This document shows positions 48,665 to 60,620 of a DNA stretch of 64,000 bases, in pieces. Under the pieces are notes generated by a model. That model was given only the letters and a program-made list of their open reading frames with translations, was not told the DNA's origin and searched no databases. The DNA comes from Felis catus (lineage: Eukaryota), in NCBI RefSeq assembly GCF_018350175.1, contig NC_058368.1, positions 111,044,001 through 111,108,000 on the forward strand, given 5' to 3'. Positions within the stretch are counted from its first letter, which is position 1, and each line of letters begins with the position of its first letter. The position numbers and the translations under genes are program-made.

Positions 48665-48746
48665 TTCTAGAATGTGCTGTCCTGGGGCCCATGCTCCCAG
48701 CGTCACTGAGGTGGGAAGTCGTGTCCTCCTGAAATGCAGGTAGTAA

Positions 48747-48861
48747 TAAAGTAACCAACCGTTCTGGTTTGCCCAGGGCTGAGGGGTTTCCCAGGATGTG
48801 GAGTTTTTGGTGCTAACACCAGGGCAGATTTAAAAAAAAAAAAGGATAGTTTGTCACCCTA
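48747..48861. mobile_element. MER81 hAT MITE
   Basis: ACCAACCGTTCTGGTTTGCCCAGGGCTGAGGGGTTTCCC..GTCACCCTA; 8-bp TSD GGT(A/G)GTAA (48739-48746/48862-48869). Confidence 0.85.
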
Positions 48862-49631
48862 GGTGGTAATCATTAACCCAAAGAGGAGACAGGCTTAAGG
48901 AAGCACCAGCCAGGGTTCTAGCATGGCCCCCTAGGGGCTGCCCCACGCACCACCTAGTCCCTGTGGTTTGTGGTGGAGACTTGACCCACTCTGCCTGGCC
49001 CAAGGCAAGGAGATGCCCCCCTCCTCCAAGAAAGAAAACCTCTGTGGTCTGGGTGCTCTCAAAAGGCAGGAAGTTGAATCATCAGCTCCGGTAACGTCTC
49101 TGTCAGCCTGTGGGTCTGCCCAGGGAGTTCAGGGCTCTAGGCCCAGGGGGCTGGCTCTACACTTTGCTGCTTTCTCTGAACAGGAAAGCTCCGGAGTAAG
49201 GTTTCCAGTGAGACTTCTGAAGAAATGAGAGCTGTTGAGTCAGACAGTGAGGAGAGCTGGATGGCAGGTCCCCTGGGGCTCTAGCCCAGCTCTGGCCTAA
49301 GCTTGCTGTGTAGCCTTCAGTGACTCCTTTACCCTCTCCGTTTCTTGGCTTTGTCTTCTACCACAGAAATGCTGATTCTTGAAATCCCCTTGAATTAAGA
49401 ATGTGGATGGTGACCTAAGCGAGAGCGTTCTGGGTCAGTGGACAACTCATTCTAGGCTCTACAATCAGAATGCTCAGGCACACATCCCTGTTTCCCACTC
49501 ACCTGGGAGCAGGACCTGACCAGCTAACCCCTTTCAAACTGGAGAAGCTTCTAGGAAGGTGACAATTATGGATTTAGGGGGCTAAAGGGGAGGAGCAAAG
49601 GAAGAGAAGCAGATTAAAGAAGGTTACCCAC

Positions 49632-49820
49632 AGATAATGATGATAATCATACCACTTGTTTATTAGACAGTCACTATGTGCCAGCCCCTAGATGATCTTA
49701 CTTGATCCTCACAATGACCCTTTCAGATAAAGACTGTCATTATTTCTACTTTATAAGTGAGACAAATGAAGCTCAGAGGGATTATCTTGCTCACAAATAG
49801 CTACCAAGTGGTGGAACGGC
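49632..49820 (-). mobile_element. MIR
   Basis: CACTATGTGCCAG..GATCCTCACAATGACCCT..TTTATAAGTGAGACAAATGAAGCTCAGAG. Confidence 0.8.
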
Positions 49821-52372
49821 CATTAACAGCTTTGTTAGACTGTACTTTTGAGGTTCTGGGACTCAGGAAGCCCACAGGGGGCATTAGGGGAGGGATGAGC
49901 TTCCCAGAGAAGTCAAGGGTCAGGTGAGGGAGAAACTATTCTTCCCGGTGCTGCGCAAAGACCTCCAGAGAACACACAGAAGTCTGGTGGCTGATGACCT
50001 TGGGGATTGTACCCCTGGCGGAGGCAGATCATGCTCTCACGGATTCCCCAGACGGTCTCTGAGGGCCTGGTGAGGAAATAGGACACACAGCAGGATTTTG
50101 CTGCTAAGAGGGAGCTGAGCATTTATTTCCTGAGCCAAGGCAGCCGGCTCTGCTCCTAAGGTGCCCCCTGAGTGTCTCTGTATGCTGCTCCCCGTCCTAG
50201 CATGGTGCTATGCTCAAGGTTCAGAGCCTTGCGGCCCATAACACACACTGCTTGGTTTCCCTCCTTCTCTGTGAGAGAGGAAACAAAGAATTCAGCAAGC
50301 CCAAGAGGGGCCAGTAAGGCCATTGACAGGGGCTGTTTCCCCAACTTGGCTGTCCTTGGTAACCCAGCAGGTAGATAATCCTGGGCAAAGAGGCCAGCCC
50401 AGCTGCCCAGGCTACTGACTGGACCCCCCAACATAGGCTCAGGTCTGGCCTGGAGATGCCTTCTCTCCCATGAGCAGCAGGTTCAAAGCCAGACTTAGCT
50501 ATACCCTTGACCATTCCTTACCCTCTCTGGGGCACCATGAAATTCTCCACACAGCTCTTAATCTAAAAAGTGCTCTATTAATGTTTGCCATGTGGGTACT
50601 AACTGGACAGGTAAGAGTGGGAATTTGAGAGGATTCATTAGCCTCAGGATCTGGTATGGGCTGGGCCTGGACTGGTACCTTGGGGTGGAGATTGAGGCCT
50701 GGAATCTGGATGCAGGGGTTGAGGCTACCCTCCTGACCCCAACCTGGGCCTGCACTGGACCCCAGGCCTTAGGAGCCAAACCATCCTTGCAGATTTTTGG
50801 CTTCTATACTTGGCTATTTTAGGCAGCCTAAAGCTAGACTTGATTGTGTCAAAACTGAAATAGCTCATTATTAGACATGGCTGGCTCACCCTTCCAAAGA
50901 AACCTTTCTGGAAGACTTGGGGTCTTGTAGTGAGCAAAACACCCCCCATCCCCCCCACCCACCCCCCAGCCCACACCATCCTATCCTTCAGTCCCTCTGG
51001 CAGGAAAGGAGGAACAGTCCAGGCAGCCCGGCCTCATCCAGGGCCTTTGCACACAGTGTGGGCTCCATGGGCACACGTGGGACTAAGGGCCCCTGGCAAC
51101 ACAGTGCCTCTGTCCAGGTCTGGGCCCTGCCCCCAGCTCCTCCCCATGGGAGAAAGGGCAGAATAGGACTGGCCGGTTGAGGACACTGTGGGACTGTGCC
51201 CAGGGAATGACAGTTCTGGGCCTCTCCCTGCTCCTGATGATTGCCAGCAGGGGCGTGGAGCCCAAGAGGGAGGCCCCAATCCTTCCCCAGTCCAAAGGCC
51301 ACTAACAGCCCAGTGGCTGGGAGTATGTCGAAGAGGCTGGGTCTTCAGGCAGGGAGGTTCAGGACAAAGGAGGATGGGCAGGAAAGAAGGAAGAGGCTGG
51401 GCTTAGTTCATATCCTAGGGCCTGAATGCATCTCTGCCTGGGTCAGGCTGGGTTTGGAGCTGCCCTCAGCTGCCCCCCACTGTACAGCCTGCAGGCTCTG
51501 GACAAAGCTCTGCATCATAGCCTGTCTTCTTTGGCCCCTCCTGCTCCTGGGTGGCAAGTCTCCTGTAGGACTTGAGTGAAATATCACCAGATTTCCAGGT
51601 TCCGGAGGCAAGTCCCTGCCTAAGCCACTCCCGTCAGAGAGTCTCCCTGCTCTGCCCACCCCCCTCCCCGGGAAGGGATACTTGTCCTCATTAGGGGTGG
51701 ATGCTGTCAGACTCGCCCATGGTGGAATTTCTGACCCTGGGCAGTTAGGTGAGAGAGATCTTTGGGTCAGGGAGCCCTTTGTGAGCCCCTCAAATTGAGT
51801 CAGCTAGGCAGTGCTCCGCTACAGCCCTGTTCACCGTAGGGGCCAAGCGGCCTTCATAGGGCCCCAAGTGTTGGAAGTGGGGACACCTCAGAACTCTCAG
51901 GGAGCTCCTAGCAGATGCAGTGTGGCCAAAGCAAAGGGGACAATTCAACAGCTAGGGCCATTGGTGCAGAAGTCAGAGCTCTGCCTCCCCCATCACAGGG
52001 ACACCCAGGCTCGGTCAGAAGCCTGGGCAGAGATGGTGTTGAGGGGAATATGGAAATAGCTGAAGGGCTAGACTCAAAGCCTCTGGCTTCCTGATGCTAG
52101 GCTTGGCATGGGGTGGGGAGGAAGCTGAAGAGGACAGACTGAGAATCTCAGAAATCAGAGAAAGATTTCCTACAGAGACAAGTCTGACGCATGAGATGGA
52201 AAAGCTGTCGAGATGGGGGGAGCTGGGAGCAAGTCTGTAGGTGGAGACATGCTAACAGGTGTATGGACCAGTGAGCCACCCCCGGGGGAAACGTGTACAA
52301 AGCTTGTGATGAAACAGCAAGCAGCAGAGTGCTCTGGTCCTGAGCTCCAGGCCCTTGCAAGTCTTCACCGAC

Positions 52373-52832
52373 TGTTACGGGTTGAATTGTGTCCCACCAA
52401 AAATGTCCTAATCCCTAGTACCTGTGAGTATGTCCTTATTTAGAAATGGGCTATTTGCAGATATAATCCAGTTCAGATGAGTCATTAGGGTGGGCCCAAA
52501 GCCAATATGACTGATGTCCTTGTAAGAAGAGGGGAATTGGAACACAGTCACAGGCACATGTGGAGACACACAGACACTGAAGGAAGAGACCATGTAAAGA
52601 TGAAGGCAGAGATCAGAAGGATGCAGCCACAAGCCAAGGAATGCCTGGAGCTACCAGAAGCTAGAAGAGGCAATGAAGTATCCTCCCCTTTGAGGCTTGG
52701 GAGGGAGCCTGGCCCTGTCAACACCTTCATTTTGGACTTCCAGCCTCCAGAGTTGTGAAAGAACAATTTTCTATTGTTTTAAGCCATTCAGCATGTGCTG
52801 CTTTGTTATGGCAGCTCTAGAAAACTAACACA
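52373..52832 (+). mobile_element. MaLR solo LTR (MLT1C-like), full length
   Basis: TGTTACGGGTTGAATTGTGTCCC..GCAGCCACAAGCCAAGGAATGCC..TTTGTTATGGCAGCTCTAGAAAACTAACACA. Confidence 0.92.
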
Positions 52833-53065
52833 CTAGGCTGATTCTACTGCCTGGAATGCCCTTCTAGCTAGTCCGGTCACTGCCGTCATACAGGCAGCCG
52901 AGGGTGGCTTCTCTGTGAGCCCCGACAGCGAGCCCTTGTCCAGTCAATCGGTAAGGTCTGCATGCCAGCCTGCCTTCCCGACTAGACTGTAAGTTCTTTC
53001 AGGGCAGGGCCTGGCCTGGAGTAGGGCAGCACAGTTCCTGGTACACCGTGGGTGCTCAGTCACAG
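52833..53065 (+). mobile_element. L2 3' fragment (host of the MLT1C)
   Basis: CTGCCTGGAATGCCCTTC..ACTAGACTGTAAGTTCTTT.AGGGCAGGG..GGGTGCTCAGT. Confidence 0.65.
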
Positions 53066-53694
53066 AGAGGTGACTGAAGGAATAGTTGAGGGGAAATGAG
53101 TGCCTTTCAGACTGGGGCATGTCATCTACTCCTCTACAGCCTGTTCTAGCTTGGGTGGGAACAGGGCAGTCCACAGAGAGGTTATAGCATCATCCCCACA
53201 GGCCACTCCCAGCTCTTCTACCGTCCAGCCCCCTCCCAGCCTCGTGTGAGCCTGAATAACTTGGGGAAATTCCTAACCTTCCCTTTCAATCTGGCCATTG
53301 GCTCTAAGAGTTTGCCACAACATAACTTCTCAGGTCCCTCCAACAAGGGGACTGTGTCTGTGGCTCGATGACTCATGCACACTGCTCCATCCCGCAGCTT
53401 TGGGCGGGACCCAGGGCTGGGGATAGTGCCAGCCAGGGCAGGCTAAGAGCTGGGACATCCCATTGCACCAGCCCAGTCCCCAGGAACGGAGTGTGCTCAA
53501 GGCTTCAGGACAAAAATCTGGAAGCAGGGAGGCAACACTCATTTGAGCTGAGATCTGAGAGGCAAAAAGCAGCAGACAGAGGCAACAGTGAGTTCAAAGG
53601 CCCTGAGGTAGGAGTGAGCTTGGTATGATCAACAACTGAAAAGAAGGCAGAGGAGGCTGGGGCATGCTGAAAGAGAGGTCATGGGTGGGACATA

Positions 53695-53858
53695 TGATTA
53701 GACTGAGGTCATCTGGGTAATACAGGGTAATGTCTCCATCTCAAGGCCCTTGATTTAATCATGTTTGCAAAGTCCCTTTTGCCATGTAAGGTAACATATT
53801 CCAGGTTATGGAAAGCACACCATAAACATTTTGGGAGGGCATTATTCTGCCCACTGCA
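53695..53858 (-). mobile_element. MLT1 LTR fragment
   Basis: ATCTCAAGG.CCTTGATTTAATCATGTTTGCAAAGTCCCTTTTGCCATGTAAGGTAACATATTC. Confidence 0.8.
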
Positions 53859-54654
53859 GTATCTCGCTCATCCTCTTATCTGCCTCTCACTCCATTGCTA
53901 CATTTCTGTTCACCTATCTATCTACCTATTTGGATTTGACCATGGATCTACTAACTTTGTCACCTGGCCACAAATTATCTCCCTTCTTACCCCTTTATGA
54001 AGTATCAACAAGTTATTTATCAACCTATCATTCCTCCATGGCTTTCATCATTCAATCTGATAATTGTATGACCCCCCAGCCATGGGTCCAATAAACTAAT
54101 TTTTAAACTCAATCTATCATTTGATAGTCCTCTGTACGTGATGAATTATCAGTCATCTAGCTCCATATTTTTATATGTGTCACATATGTGGACATTCCTT
54201 CCAAACACCTACAAATAAATTGAATAAATATTCATGACTGCTTGCCATGTGCCCAATTCTATGTCATGTGTGGGTGAGATACAGGGTTGTTCATACCCCT
54301 GGTAACCATATTGGGCCCTTTTTCATCATTGTCATCATCGCTGTTGATGCCATCACTGCCAACCTATGCACACTGTCCAGTTTTGTTATCCACCTAGGGA
54401 TTGTTTTTATATGGACTTACCAGCCAAATCCAGGCTGTTCTAGTCTGCCTTTTGCTCACTAGCCATCCTGTGTGTAAATAATGCAGACCCATTTTAACTT
54501 GATCTCAGATAAAGTGTAGGTAGAAAACTGTATCTGCTGGGCAAGCATCTTATGCCTCGAATAACAAATCCTAAAGTTAAATGGAAATTATTTTTAGGTT
54601 GTCTAGGCAAATAGCACAGAGGATGGGGACTCTAGAGAGGCTACATTAGGTGCA

Positions 54655-54800
54655 TCTGGACACATGCAGACACACAACACACACGTACACATGAGCATGG
54701 GTACACACAAATGCACACATGCACACAGTCTTTCTTCTGCTCCCACATAGTGAATCCTTCCTGTCTCATTCACACCTTGTGAGTATGTGCACACACATGG
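54655..54800. repeat. Degenerate CA-rich low-complexity tract
   Basis: Directly visible. Confidence 0.8.
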
Positions 54801-55148
54801 CCAAAGTGGACACTTGAACACTGATTCATGCCCTAACCCATCTTGTTTCCAATCTAGGAATCTCACCTCCCCACCTGAGCTGTGAGGTTTTCCAGAGCAA
54901 GAATGGTACCTGCCGTTCCTTGGGCATGCCCTCCCAGCCTGGACAGCCAGCAGACTAGACACTTAAGAGCTGTGTGCCTTTCCTTGAATTCTAAGGGCAG
55001 CTGGGGATCAGAAAAGTAAGCAGCTAGATGCTCAATGACAGAGGGTCTTCAGGGAAGTCGCTTCTGCCCCTTAGGAATCTGCCTCTCTTGCCCCAGCTGG
55101 ATGCCAGTGTCTACAGGCTTTCCTTCTTCTGTAGAACTTTCCTAGAGC

Positions 55149-55361
55149 CTAGAGGAACTGTATTAGGTGGATAATCTGCCTGGAGCTGGCCTAGCTGGGG
55201 ATCAGCTTGACAAGAATTCCCTTGTTTCCAAGCATGTCCATTGCACAGGCATCCAGGGCCAATTCCTGTCCAAGTCTCTCCTCAGGGCCCTGGCTGGAGA
55301 TCTAGTACATTTTGAAGGAGGTTGCCACCTGCCAGAGCTGCAGGTCCTGGATGTCCACCAG
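55149..55361 (-). pseudogene. Possible degraded coding relic, parent unknown
   Basis: 71 codons LVDIQDLQLWQVATSFKMY*ISSQGPEERLGQELALDACAMDMLGNKGILVKLIPS*ASSRQIIHLIQFL*; 25 of the first 28 codons end in G/C. Confidence 0.35.
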
Positions 55362-56738
55362 TTACAGTGGCTAAGGCCACCCCAGGCTCACAAGTCACTT
55401 TGTCCACAGCCATAAGGGAGGAACAGCTTGCTCACTAGTGCCTGCAGGAGGCTCCCAAGGCAACCACCTTGGACTCTGGAGCACTTCCCAGCAGTGGGAA
55501 GCTGGTCAAAGCCAGGACACCATTAACGAAGCCTTGACTGGAGTGAGGCATCTCAGGGCCAGCTGCCCTTGCTGCTTCTGGTTCCATGCTGAGGCTAGAT
55601 TCTATCCACATACTTGACCCCATCCAAATCCAATTAATGCCCCTCCTCCATCCTGTGGTATCCTCAGGACAGGGACTTCATCTAACACATCTCTGTAAAC
55701 TGAAGCTAGCCTAGACCAACCGTAGGAATTGTATCTGCACCTGTGCACAGCTCACACCAACATCCTGTGGGCCCAGAGCCCAAGTCCTAGCCTGAAGCAG
55801 TCTCCACTTCTGCCTCCCAGTCCAGAGCCCTCACTCAGTGGGTTTCATTAACTGTTTAGAGCCCAACAGGTAATGAATAATCCCCACATTTGTTTCCTGA
55901 GGAGCCAAGCTGGGCCAGGTATCCTCAAGCCAAATGTTCTGGGAAGAAATGGTAGTCCATCTGTCAGAGGAGGGAGGCCGTGATGCTCAGAAACCTCCTT
56001 TCTCACACTGATTCCCAGTCGCAGCCTGGCCCATGTTTAAGTCCCAGCAGGCCAAAGGCCAAGTGGAGCTTTTCCATGCCCCTGCTGGAGCTCAGTCTCC
56101 ATGAGAAGGCTCTGGAATGGACTTAGAATCCCAGAGAGACCCTAATGCTGGGGCCCAAAGAGGGCCAAACAGGCCCCAGGCCACCAGGAGTCAGCACTGG
56201 GGCTAGACCAGAGGGCAGGCTTCCTGGACAATGCAGTCCATGGTTGGGCTGGGAAAACATGTCCTGCCACCCCCATGATGCTTTTGTCTCTGGAGAATTC
56301 TAAGCACCTATGGTAAATGCAAAGGGCTTCTTAGGGCTTCCTCAACAACCATGGGGTTGACTCTTCCTCTTCATCTTCACAACTCCTACGTTAACCCTTC
56401 ACCTCTTCCCAACTTCACTTCCTACACTACAACACAGGCAACTCATCAACAGTTTGATGAGTATCTTTCAGATGCTTTGTTTTCTCTATGAAATTATGTA
56501 TATCTGTGTGTCTATGTTCAGATAAAAATGTAGACTTTTTAAGGTGTTTTTTTAATGCAGATAAGATCTTATTATACATATTACCCCGAAACTTGCTTTT
56601 TGTTTTCACGTGTACAGCATAATGATCTGATATTTGTATATCCTGAAACTTGCTTTTCACTTAACACTTTTATTAGAGCTTTTTCCACATCAAACACACA
56701 AAACCACACAATGCTTCTTTCTTTGCTGCCTTCTTTTT

Positions 56739-56935
56739 TTTTTTTTTAATGTTTTTATTTATTTTTGAGAGAGAGAGAGAGTGCGCTAGCAGGGGAAGGG
56801 CAGAGAAATCCCAAGCAGGATCCACACTATCAGTGCAGAAGCTGACTCAGAGCTCCAACCCATGAACTGCAAGATCATGACCTGAGCAGAAATCAGGAGT
56901 CAGATGCTTAACCAGCTAAGCCACCCAGGTGCCCC
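56739..56935 (-). mobile_element. Can-SINE
   Basis: TSD CTGCCTTCTTTTT. Confidence 0.93.
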
Positions 56936-57036
56936 ACTGCCTTCTTTTTGACTGTGGTTTATTTAGCCAGTGCTCTAGTGATGGACATTCAAGCCATTTC
57001 CAGTTTTTCTTTTTTCTTTATAAAGATTGTATTTTA

Positions 57037-57260
57037 GGGGCGCCTGGGTGGCTTGGTCGGTTGGGCGTCCAACTTCAGCTCGGGTCACGATCTCATGGCT
57101 TGTCGGTTTGAGCCCCATGTCGGGCTCTGTGCTCACAGCTCAGAGGCTGGAGCTTACTTTGGATTCTGTGTCTCCCTCCCCCTCTCCCCCTCCCCTGCTC
57201 ATACTCTGTCTCTCTCTGTCTCTCAAAAATAAATAAACATTAGAAAAATAATAATAAAAT
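57037..57260 (+). mobile_element. Can-SINE
   Basis: Full head, body and AATAAA tail. Confidence 0.95.
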
Positions 57261-57284
57261 AAATATTATATTTTATTAAAAAAA

Positions 57285-57491
57285 ATTTTTTTAGTGTTTA
57301 TTCACTTTTGAGAGAGAGACAGAGCGTGAGTGGGGGAGGGGCAGAGAGAGAGGTAGTCTCAGAATCCGAAGCAGGCTCCAGGCTCCGAGCTGTCAGCACA
57401 AAGCATGAGGCGGGGCTCGAACCCATGAACCATAAGATCATGACCTGAGCTGAAGTCGGATGACCAACTGACTGAGCCACCCAGGCATCCC
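57285..57491 (-). mobile_element. Can-SINE, tail-to-tail with the previous one
   Basis: Full antisense element. Confidence 0.95.
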
Positions 57492-57496
57492 AAAGA

Positions 57497-57610
57497 TTTA
57501 TTTTATTTATTTATTTTTTTAAGTAACCTCTACACCCAATGTGGGGCTTGAACTCATGACCCTGAGATCAAGAGTCTCGTGCTCTACCGACGGAGCCAGC
57601 CAGGCGCCCC
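57497..57610 (-). mobile_element. SINEC_old-like SINE
   Basis: AAGTAACCTCTACACCCAATGTGGGGCTTGAACTC..CCAGGCGCCCC. Confidence 0.9.
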
Positions 57611-58254
57611 TCTAATGATATCTTAAACAGATCTTCTTGTGCCCACATCAGAGGGTCTCTCTGGGGTAGATTCCTAGAAGTAGACTGCATGTTCTCATCT
57701 CCTACTTCTAACTTGGGGCAACTGGTGGTTCTCACCTTTCATCTTCAACCAGCTTACTAGTATATTTTCCTGTACAAAGGGCAGTTCTCTCTCAGAAGGA
57801 ACCCTAGAACCAGTTATTAGCATCATGTTCTATGCCCCCACTGCACTGCTGTGCACCAGACAGACACATTTCATCTCTCTGTATCATTCTCCCCTCCCCC
57901 CCAACAACTCATCAAAATTTTTATCTATTTGCAGGTCCATCTCCAGACCCTTCTCAACCTTTCTGTATTATTCCACCCCACAGGCTCCCCAGATAGCTTG
58001 CCCTTCCTGCATATACTTAAGGATTTGTCTTCCTAAATGGGCCAAAACCCCTCTAAAATAGGATCTGAACCTGGAACTCACTGCCCTAAGATAAAGCCCT
58101 GTTTGTATAGGTGCTTGTTAAATGCATGCTATTTCTAATAAAACCAGGTTACCTCCAGCATGGCTACAAATTCATCAGTAAATCCATGGGAAGGGTCTTT
58201 GTAAGACTGCCAGATGAAGGGAGATTTGCTTCATTTATCAGAAACCCTATGGAA

Positions 58255-58482
58255 GGGGAACCTGGGTGGTTTAGTCGGTTAAGTGTCAGACTTCAGCTCA
58301 GGTCATGATCTAGCAGTTCATGTGTTTGAGCCCCATGTCGGGCTCTGTGCTGACACCTCATAGCCTGGAAACTGCTTCAGATTCTGTGTCTTCCTCTCTG
58401 TCTGCTCCTCCCCAGCTTGTGCTCTGCCTGTCTGTCTGTCTCTCTCTCTTTCTCTCTCAAAAATAAATAAACATAAAAAAAT

Positions 58483-58483
<1 letters not shown>
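58255..58483 (+). mobile_element. Can-SINE
   Basis: Full element; degenerate TSD AGAA(A/G)CCCTA(T/G)GG enclosing the GAAA array. Confidence 0.94.

Positions 58484-58551
<68 letters not shown>
58484..58551. repeat. (GAAA)17 tetranucleotide STR
   Basis: Perfect array in the SINE tail. Confidence 0.97.
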
Positions 58552-58553
<2 letters not shown>

Positions 58554-59414
58554 AGCCCTAGGGTATAAGGAAAGGGTTTTGCTTACCCTGTTCAACTTGA
58601 CTTGGAGCCAGCGCCTTTGGTTCTTGATGGTTCTTGGACAGAGCCGGGTCCCTCAGCTCCACGCGGGGCGTCTCACACTTTGATGAGTGTCTGGTCAAGC
58701 TGGCCCCTGACTTGGCCGGAGTTACTGCCTGCTGCCAGTTTCTGGGGAAGTGTTTAGAAGCCCCAGGGATCTTCTTTGCCTTCTGCCATCTGTGGCCACT
58801 GGGCTGAGTCTGAGAGTCTGAGAAGAGACAGGTGGCCAGGCTGGCACATCATCCAGACATCTCCTACGGCTGGTCAGTACCATCTCTAAACCAGCTGGCA
58901 AAGGCTCCAGAGGGGTGCTTCTCCCAGGCATGTGTTTGTAGCACCACAGAAAGTAGCAAGGCTGGCTCTTGCCAGGGCAGTGTCTTAAGCCACAGATGCA
59001 GCCCTGGGCAGTTTTCCTATCTGCCCAAACCCCACCTGCAGCCCCTGCCTGGAGCCTAGGAGGCAGAGCTGTTGGATCTGTCCTCTCTTGAATGCCAAAT
59101 TATGCGCTTTGCATAGGGCTTGGCACAGAGTAGGCAGCCAGGAAATATTTACTGAATGACCAAGAGAATGAATGTTCACCCTCCCTTAGAGGAGGTCACC
59201 TAGTAGCACTGACTATATTTGGGAGGGTGAGGATCAGATTCCAGAAACAGAGGAGATGGAAGAAAGGGTGAGCAAAGCTCACATGTGTGATCTTCCCAGA
59301 TTTCATTTTGTCCCTTTAGGATTTGCAGAAAGTCTCTAGGAACTCTAATGTTAGGACAAGTATTGTGATCCAGTTTTCCTAACTCTACTACATCAAGTAT
59401 CATCTATGGACTGG

Positions 59415-59548
59415 CACCATCCAAATCATCTAGCAGCCCGTTATAAATGCAGATTCTCAGGCCCTGCCCCAAACCTAATGAATCAGAACCTTCATGTAAA
59501 CAGGAACCCAGGTGATTCATGTTCATGTTATTGTTGTACAAGTACTGC
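59415..59548. mobile_element. MER5-family MITE
   Basis: AAATGCAGATTCTCAGGCCCTGCCCCAAACCTAATGAATCAGAA..CCCAGGTGATTC. Confidence 0.75.
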
Positions 59549-60029
59549 CTTAAGCAGCTAGTGAGTGAACATAGGACTTCTCACCTGATACAGTTTGGCT
59601 GCTGGAGAGTGTGGCTAACTTCATGTGGGGCTTCTGCCTATCCTGATGACTCAAACAAATTATTGAGTCATATATTGTTTGTCTCTCCAGCCCTTGAACA
59701 CTGTTAGAACAGAGTAAGCATTCAATAAATAAATGTTGAATGATTCTCATGCTCTTTTCTACATTTAGGGTGCTTAGGGTATGCTGGACCTCTGGTTCTG
59801 GATATAAATCACAAAGGATTAGAACTTTTGTTCCCAGTAGGGACCCCCGGAAGAACAGCTATTGTCTGATGAGCAATTACTGAGTGCCAGGCCAATGCTT
59901 ACAAAGTGTGGTTCAAGGCCAAGGGCATCAAGCATGACCAGGTACTTATTAAAAAATGGATATCCTTGGGCCTTGCCCCAGACCTGCCCGTTGAGAACCT
60001 TTAGGGATAAAGCCTAGAAATCCATGTTT

Positions 60030-60284
60030 TATTTTTATTTTATTTTATTTTATTTTATTTTATTTTATTTTATTTTATTTTATTTATGTTTATTTATTTT
60101 TGAGACCGAGAGAGAGAGAGACAGCACAAGCAGGAGAGGGGCAGAGAGAGAGGGGGACAGAAGATCCAAAGCAGGCTCCACACTGACAGCAGAGAGCCAG
60201 ATGCGGGGCTCAAACTCACGAACTGAGAGATCATGACCTGAGCCAAAGTCTGACACTTAACCAACTGAGACACCCAGGCACCTG
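60030..60284 (-). mobile_element. Can-SINE with (TATTT)n tail
   Basis: Antisense element; TSD GAAATCCA..TTT (60017/60285). Confidence 0.93.
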
Positions 60285-60321
60285 GAAATCCACATTTAAA
60301 AAAATTTGAGGGTCGGCGGGG

Positions 60322-60500
60322 AGTGGCTCCTGGGTGGCTCAGTCAGTTGAGCATTAGACTCTTGATTTCTGCTCAGGTCATGATCTCATGGTTTGTGAGA
60401 TGAAGCCCTGCGTCAGGTTCCACAGAGCCTGCTTGGAATTCTCTCTTTCCCTCTCTCTCTGCCCCACCCCCTGCCCGTCTCAAAAATAAAATAAATAAAA
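60322..60500 (+). mobile_element. Can-SINE, older subtype
   Basis: CCTGGGTGGCTCAGTCAGTTGAGCAT..GACTCTTGATTTC.GCTCAGGTCATGATC. Confidence 0.9.
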
Positions 60501-60514
60501 CTTTGAAGAAATTT

Positions 60515-60620
60515 AAGTTTTATTTCTTTAAGTAATCTCTACACCCAACATGGGACTTGAACTCATGACCCTGAGATCCAGAGTCGCAAACTCTTCTGAC
60601 TGAGCCAGCCAGGCACTCCC
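60515..60620 (-). mobile_element. SINEC_old-like SINE
   Basis: AAGTAATCTCTACACCCAACATGGG..GAGCCAGCCAGGCAC. Confidence 0.9.

Larger units (their letters stand above)
56420..57690 (-). mobile_element. L1ME-like 3'UTR fragments hosting four SINEs
   Basis: CAACAGTTTGATGAGTATCTTTCAGA..AACTTGCTTTTCACTTAACA..GATGGACATT..TAGATTCCTAGAAGT. Confidence 0.6.

Noticed and set aside
50602..50617. Strong donor CAG|GTAAGA
   Set aside because: No matching upstream acceptor or promoter; expected by chance in 64 kb
55149..55361. Similarity of the coding relic to the SHANK N-terminus or RA domains (VDIQDLQ, EERLGQE)
   Set aside because: Only short word matches with the wrong spacing; not enough to name a parent
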